A stretch of DNA of 64,000 nucleotides, taken from contig JBNGIO010005690.1 of NCBI GenBank assembly GCA_049999805.1, forward strand, positions 1-64,000, given 5' to 3'. The DNA is from Folioceros fuciformis (taxonomy: Eukaryota). A program made the position numbers and the translations under genes. Under the pieces are notes generated by a model. The model was not told where the DNA came from, made no database searches, and saw nothing but the letters and a program-made list of their open reading frames with translations. Shown piece after piece: positions 57,901-64,000 of the stretch (positions within the stretch are counted from its first letter, which is position 1; each line of letters opens with the position of its first letter).

Positions 57901-59907
57901 CATACTTACATTTGATTTGTCTCATACTTATGAACGAGTGCTAATTCATGTTTTGAATGTAATTTTAGCCCAATTTCTTGTGACAAATCAACAACAAAAA
58001 GGGGTTCTCTATACTGGACTTATTCCTGCTCTCGTCCAAGCTGAAAAAACGGTTAGCCATACCAAACAATGGAGACTTCAACTCGAGCTAATCAATGCCT
58101 TTGCTGAACTAATTGNNNNNNNNNNNNNNNNNNNNNNNNNNNNNNNNNNNNNNNNNNNNNNNNNNNNNNNNNNNNNNNNNNNNNNNNNNNNNNNNNNNNN
58201 NNNNNNNNNNNNNNNCTAATTGTGAGTTATTAAATATATTTATTATTTTTTACAAGCTGTGTTGTAAAAAAAAAAACAAAGAAAAAAAAATACCATAAAT
58301 CTTGCTTCAGGAATATTTCACAAGCGAACAAATTTATGAATTTTTTGTGCCTATATGCTTTAGATATATGGCTGATGCTTTACTGCCAGTGAAAACTGCT
58401 GCTACCTTAACCTTAGCTATCTTCATCCGGTATGATAATCCATATGAAGTAATTGAATGGTTTTGAATATCTTTAAATAATTTTACGGATTGAAATTGTT
58501 GTTGTATGTAATTTTTTTTAAAAGAAATAATCGCAAAATTGCACAACGATATGAAATGGCACAAAAAGTGGTGAGAGATTATGGACATGCAAGAAGCTAT
58601 TGGGCACGTTTGTTGTACGTGGATTATTGCCGGAATATGTATAAGTAAGAAATAAAAATATAATTATTATGCTGGATAATTTTTTTAGATTGTGTTTCTA
58701 GAACGAAGAGTTTGTAAATGAAAGATCACCCAAGATGTTTATCCTTCCTTCTGCATTTGCAACAGAGTTGCAAGTACTCAGATGTTTAAGGAGAATTGCA
58801 TAGATGCAGCTTTAACAACTTTGCAGGTTTTAATACTTGGCTTAGCATTTGTGTTTGGATTTTGATAGAATGATGTGTGGACTATGTGTTGTATGTATCT
58901 GGTTAAAATATTGAGACATTTTATTTTGCAGGATCCTGTCCCTAGTGTCAGAATGCGGGCATGTAGTCTACTCCCCTTACTGAAGGCCTCTATAAAATTA
59001 CCTGAAGATGTTGCTTATCTCGAGCGTGTGAATTTCTTCACAACTCAAAGATTGAATGATGTGAATCCTCAAGTAGTTGCTATAGCTAAAAGTCTAGCAG
59101 ATGGTTTGAAGAAGGCGACCGTGAGAAGTTCAAGACTAGAATCATTTGGGGACTTTCCAGAGGCTCAGGTAGTGTGTTGAAATCTACTTCATGTATGAAA
59201 AGAGGAGAATAATGTCTATTAATGGATGATTTGAAATAGATAAAATTTGAAGAAATTGATAAGCAGCGGGAGGAAGAAGAATGGAACATGCTTAGCAAGG
59301 AGGAGCAGGTAAGACTTCTCGTGGCTGGGAGGTAGTGGAGTGCATTTGAGATATCTGGGAAAAGAAATGATTAACAGTACCCTCCGGATCTGACAAGAGT
59401 TTTTATGAGTCTTGATAGGATGAGAAAAGAAAACTGGACGAAATGTTGCAGCGATTGAAGATGGAGTCACAGAAGAAGATGAGCGGGTCTGGATCGGTTA
59501 TGGGTGGCAGTGTAAGTGGCAGTGCCCGGGGTGGCAGTGCAATTTTGGCTCGCACTCCCTCCACAATGGAGAAGTTGAGCGGTAGCACAAAAGGGAGGGC
59601 ATCAGCTACAAACCCTGCTGGACCCAACTCGACAAGCTCTAGAATCTCTCTCAAGGACCGGAACTCTGTTGGTTATAAAGGAGCGGTGGGATTTGGGACT
59701 GCTTTTAGTCCCTCCTTCACTCCGATTTCTGAAGCAAGTCCTTCCCTAAGCTCCAGTGTCCCACTCACACCATCTCGTATAGGGACTGGCACTTCCAAGG
59801 ACATTGTTGAGGCATCTAGTAGTCCGTCGCCTTCCCTGCCAACTAATAGGACCAGCCAATCCAAGGTGAATGTAAAAAGCTCTCAGCCAACTCCAAAGAA
59901 AACATGA
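54937..59907 (+). CDS. PPP4R4: HEAT-repeat protein resembling protein phosphatase 4 regulatory subunit 4; many short exons, spans two gaps
   Basis: Spliced reading: SRIVCCRILGAIA...KAMSLCQ|DTDAEVRICMCEQLNGIARAIG...LVELYELLKDEEVLVHNAAFESLVQLL, QWRLQLELI, DPVPSVRMRACSLLPLLK, then a Ser-rich tail. The pattern is recalled from PPP4R4; a PP2A-A-like HEAT protein is the fallback call. Confidence 0.75.
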
Positions 59908-60067
59908 CATGCCGATAATGAAGTGTATGCATTTAGTGAGTCTCTTGGCCATGGAAGCCCAACACCTCTAGAGAGCGAATCTATCATCTTTCTCTATGTC
60001 TAGATTAGTTCTTCGATGGAGGATCTGCGGGCAAGGAGAGGATCACGGACCGCTGATCCTTCGAACC

Positions 60068-63000
60068 TTATTCACAGGCGAGCTTGTTGTCCAGGCTTGA
60101 AAGGCAGATCATGAAAGCCTGTACGTGGGCGGGGAGGGACTCAGCTTAGATGGGGACACGACAGGAGTGAGCGACTCAGAACAAAAAAAATCCAAGACAA
60201 ACATGCCTGCAATGCTGACATTGGGTGTTGATAGTCCATTGTGAAAAAATTTCGACCCACCTATAACCACAAGAAAGCCACTTGTCAGAAAGGACCGAAG
60301 AGGAATCCTTTCGAGTCAAGTGACGGGTACCTTCCCAAACTGTAGTATCACATTCTCCTGATCCGATTCCGTCACGAGCTGCAGACGAAAACATACAATG
60401 AGACGGGTTGTCAAAGGGTCAAACTAGGTTTGCACGAGGGCAAGACTGTTCGCCGGCCCTGAGATTCGTAGCTGTACAGACCTGGAAATTCTTCACAGAT
60501 GCCTGGGTTACGCGACCGTTGAAGCTTAGGCAATAAGCACCAATCTGTGAGACCATCAGAGTCCATCTAAGAAATAACTACGTACGGAATTGGTTGACAT
60601 AGCCAAAAAAAAAAAAAACAAGAACTTTAAAATCCGACCTCGGGATTCCACCTTGGCGCCTTGTTATACATGGTAATCATCTTCTCTGTATCCTCCCCCA
60701 TGTTGTATTTCTCAAGAATAACATGTGAACCATTCTGCTTTGGGGGGAAGACATAAGGTTTGCCTTCATCATCGACAGTGGGAATGATAGCCACCATTTT
60801 GCGGGGCCCTCGCATTCCAAGAACGTTGTGCTGATAACTCACGGCACCCAACTCCACTCTTTCGCTAATTTGGAACTGACTGGAAACGCCAAGGTGGATC
60901 AAACGTTGAACAGCAAGCAATGTAAGTCCAACGACCTAAAGCATCAGCTAGCTTCATCGTTCACGATGTTTCCAGCCATAATGTTCACTGGCTTTACTCA
61001 GCTTTCTCAGCAACTGGGCGATACTTCTGTAGAAGCTACCTTACAGGCATATTATTTGCATATGTTCTGCAGCTATAGCTATATCTTGAAAGGAACCTAC
61101 AAGTGCAGAACACTTACTACAGCAACTCATTGTCAGGGCTGGGACGTAGTCCTCTGTCGTAAAACCAGAACTCAGTCCCAAGAAAATTTGATCGCACCTG
61201 CACTTCAATGATTTATATAGAGATGACCTGATTGTCAGGGCATATCCTTTGCTCCACAGCACTCTGTTCGAGGAGCTGAATCGTAGTATATGGGCGGAAA
61301 TCACCTGACCTTTCCAAAGTAGTTTCCTGTTCTGTTGCTGATCTCGTCTTCATCGAGCGAAACGACGTAATTGCTGCATCTGGCACTCTGTTTCTTTCTT
61401 GCAGCCAGAAGGAAACGGTCTCCCTCTGATAGATGGAGCTTGTACCTGAAACGACGGATGCAATTAGACAAACGGTTTATGGATGTAAAGCTTGACTCTG
61501 CTTCTCCTCCAGCACAAAAGAGGATGGGTGAGAAATGACGAATGGTCCAAGTGGCACCAGCCCGAGACAAGGAACCGGCTGAGAGACCTGGGACTCGTCC
61601 AGTTCGCATGGACTTCTCGCCGGATATGACACTGAATGACACCACGATCCTTGGGGCCAGGGCGAATGAGAAAGATCCGGAGATCTGAAATGGCAGTGGA
61701 AGCCATCTTCACGCTGCAGGCTGTTGTATCCACATGCTTGTAGGGGTCATAGTAAGGAGTGATTCCTTGCTCTAGCAGTCTTCTTCCCAATTCCTACCGC
61801 CCACAAACGAATGACACCGTTATTTGGGCAGCACCTAGACTCCCTGTCAGAGTACGTCTGCCACCATAGTATACCCAAGTACCAGTGTTTCTGCATTAGG
61901 ATAATTTGCTGACCTTTGCTTCTTCAGAAATTTCACAGCCATCTTCAAATGCTGCATTGTCGAATCGAGTTTGACGTGGCTGCAGTGCGACAGGATGCAG
62001 ACACATTGATCCCACAGCAATTCTTCTTGAGCTTCTTACAGGTCAGCTTGAGGAAGTCGTGCGTTACTTGAAGGCGCCAATGTAGAAGGCTACCTGAGGT
62101 GACTGTAAGTTCTTGGTATGCTGGCTCCTAAGGCTATCAGGCAGCAATGGCGTAAGATTTGTCTTGTCCAGCTTGGGTGTCACACTGCTTGTGCCAACAG
62201 GTTCTCCTCTGCCATCCAAGACAGCGCCCAGCTAAGAAACTTGATGGACTCCAGATGTTGTGAGCTTAAGTTTTTCGAGCGGCAGACTCACATTATTGTA
62301 AAATGATGCTTGAGCTAGCTGCACAGTTTCAAGTAAGAGACTCATTCACTCAAGTGAAACTGTCTCACAAGACCAGACCCTCAAAAAACCGCGAGAATCC
62401 ACCCACAAACTCTGTGCTACCACAATCCTACCTTCCAGCTACTGAGGCTGAGCATCCGTCTTGACCGGTACCAGGTAGCCATTCTGTAGCTTGAGCTGAG
62501 GAACACAATCGTGACCTTGGGAGTACGAAGTCGTTGCTTGCAACCGAATCTGCTACAGAAAACGAGGACGCCTAAGAACATGTTTCAATGCCTTAACTCA
62601 AGCTCTGGCAGCAGCTACTTACTTCCGCAGAGTGATCTCTCCCGCCTTCGACGGGCTGCCAGAACTCTGATCTGTTCTAGTTGCAAAATGTTCCCAGGCT
62701 GCATGCAAGGGGTGACCTGTGAGGCACAAACACCGAATTTCACCGCCCTGTAAGAAAACCTCCAAAATCCGGAATCACCACGGTCTTCAACGTCAAGCTG
62801 CTGAGAAAATTCAAGGGCACATCTGCAAGAATTGTCGCCTACCGGTGACTCGCAGAAACTGTCAGTGTCAAGAGACGATGAAAAATCCCCTCCGACCTCG
62901 TCGTCATCCAAGTCGTCCTTATCAAACAGTTCGTTGTCGTAATGCGTCACTGGTGATCAAGACACGGTCATCAGGCCTCTTACTGTTAGCTCGCTTCATG

Positions 63001-64000
63001 CTTAGCACAAGCTCTGATGAGATCATGCGCAATTTCTAGTACCGGCTCGATGCATTTTTGTGTGATCTTGCGTGTGAGATTCCTCTTCACACGTGGAATC
63101 GACTTCGGATTCCATGTCTGTATCGGATTCCATGTCCTTCCCCGATTCCATGTCCCTCCTTACACCTGTAGCTTGATGCGACTCTGCACACCAACTGTGC
63201 ACGCTTGGTGATGAATGTTTAACTTCCGACACAATCTCATGAAGGTTTTCTGTGCGTGGATGGCTTGCAGCTGTCCATCTAATGGCTCAACTGCCACATG
63301 CGTCCGAAAGGCGCAGACAGACAGTTCCAATCTGTAAAGGCTCGTTGAATTTATGGCAGACGAAGGGAATGCGCTGCACGTACTTATCTGCTTTGTGCTT
63401 TGACTACAATTGTGTGAGCCGGTCTCGGAGGTGTACAGTAGGTGTGTCATGGCTCTGTTTAGGGCTTTATTTCTCTGGGGCTTTTAACGGTTTTGCTGAC
63501 ATTCGTGGTCGATTCACTACGAACTAGGGTTTGAGTGATGTTGATCAGTAGCCTCCCTTCGCTTATGTGCTTGGTGGAGGATCAGCTGATCGATGCAAAT
63601 TGGAACATACAGAAACTTGAGTACGTTGTGGCATGAATCCATCACCTCTTGTGGGGATTGTAAAACGGGGTAGCTGATACTCGCTGGTCGTGTGTGGCTG
63701 TTTGCCGTAGGTGAGGTGTGCCGTGATCTGTGGTCCGATGTTTTGCGCTAGAACTGTAAGGTACAGAAATTTACCTGCTTCTGAGACGTGGGATTATCAG
63801 TCATGAATTCGTCTCGATCAGTTGTGGTTCCCTTGGTGGCTACTGTTGCTGCCGCAGCAGCTACAGTTGCAGGTGGTTTTCTTTTAGACCAATTGGTTTT
63901 GTTGTTCATGAGGGTTGGTATACACAGGAGGAGCCTGAAATAATTCTGTGCATTTGTAACCTGGGAATCTGGCTTTGCAGCTTACACATCGATAAGATTG
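60068..64000 (-). CDS. Tubby-domain protein with a long low-complexity N-terminal region; 5' end not resolved (may lie beyond the window)
   Basis: Exons encode IQCHIRRE, RFLLAARKK..CSNYVVSLD, VRSNFLGTEF, NVLGMRGPRKM, NKAPRWN, AYCLSFNGRVTQASVKNFQ, ILQFGKVG..FTMDYQHPMSALQ and AFMICLSSLDNKLACE-stop (60068). Confidence 0.9.

Noticed and set aside
63090-63160. 18-bp repeat encoding DMES units
   Set aside because: Short low-complexity repeat in the presumed Tubby N-terminal region; reading frame not established and no independent feature.

Overview
Compact, intron-containing plant nuclear DNA with five assembly gaps (300-399, 16646-17045, 53894-53993, 55515-55614, 58116-58215). A hornwort-like seed-free plant is inferred from the gene content: short ~100-bp introns, a TMM orthologue, very long PLS-type PPR genes with WW-type ends, and a DYW:KP/GRP-type deaminase remnant. 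From left to right the window holds: a decayed Ty1/copia element; two tandem ~95-aa orphan ORFs; an alpha-expansin with a 5' relic; an intronless organellar seryl-tRNA synthetase pseudogene; an L-type lectin receptor kinase with a relic; TMM; a PPR-DYW:KP pseudogene; a purple acid phosphatase; an orphan ORF; mitochondrial-type ClpP; two divergent giant PPR genes; a second LRR-RLP; a third (pseudo) PPR; a BASS5/6-type transporter; tRNA-Ile(AAT); a PPP4R4-like HEAT protein; and a Tubby-domain gene with no F-box visible in the window. The most striking observation is that PPR editing-factor genes carry N-terminal PDF-like motifs, the ssDNA-binding motif of plant OSB proteins. All family assignments come from motif recognition by eye; no database searches were run.
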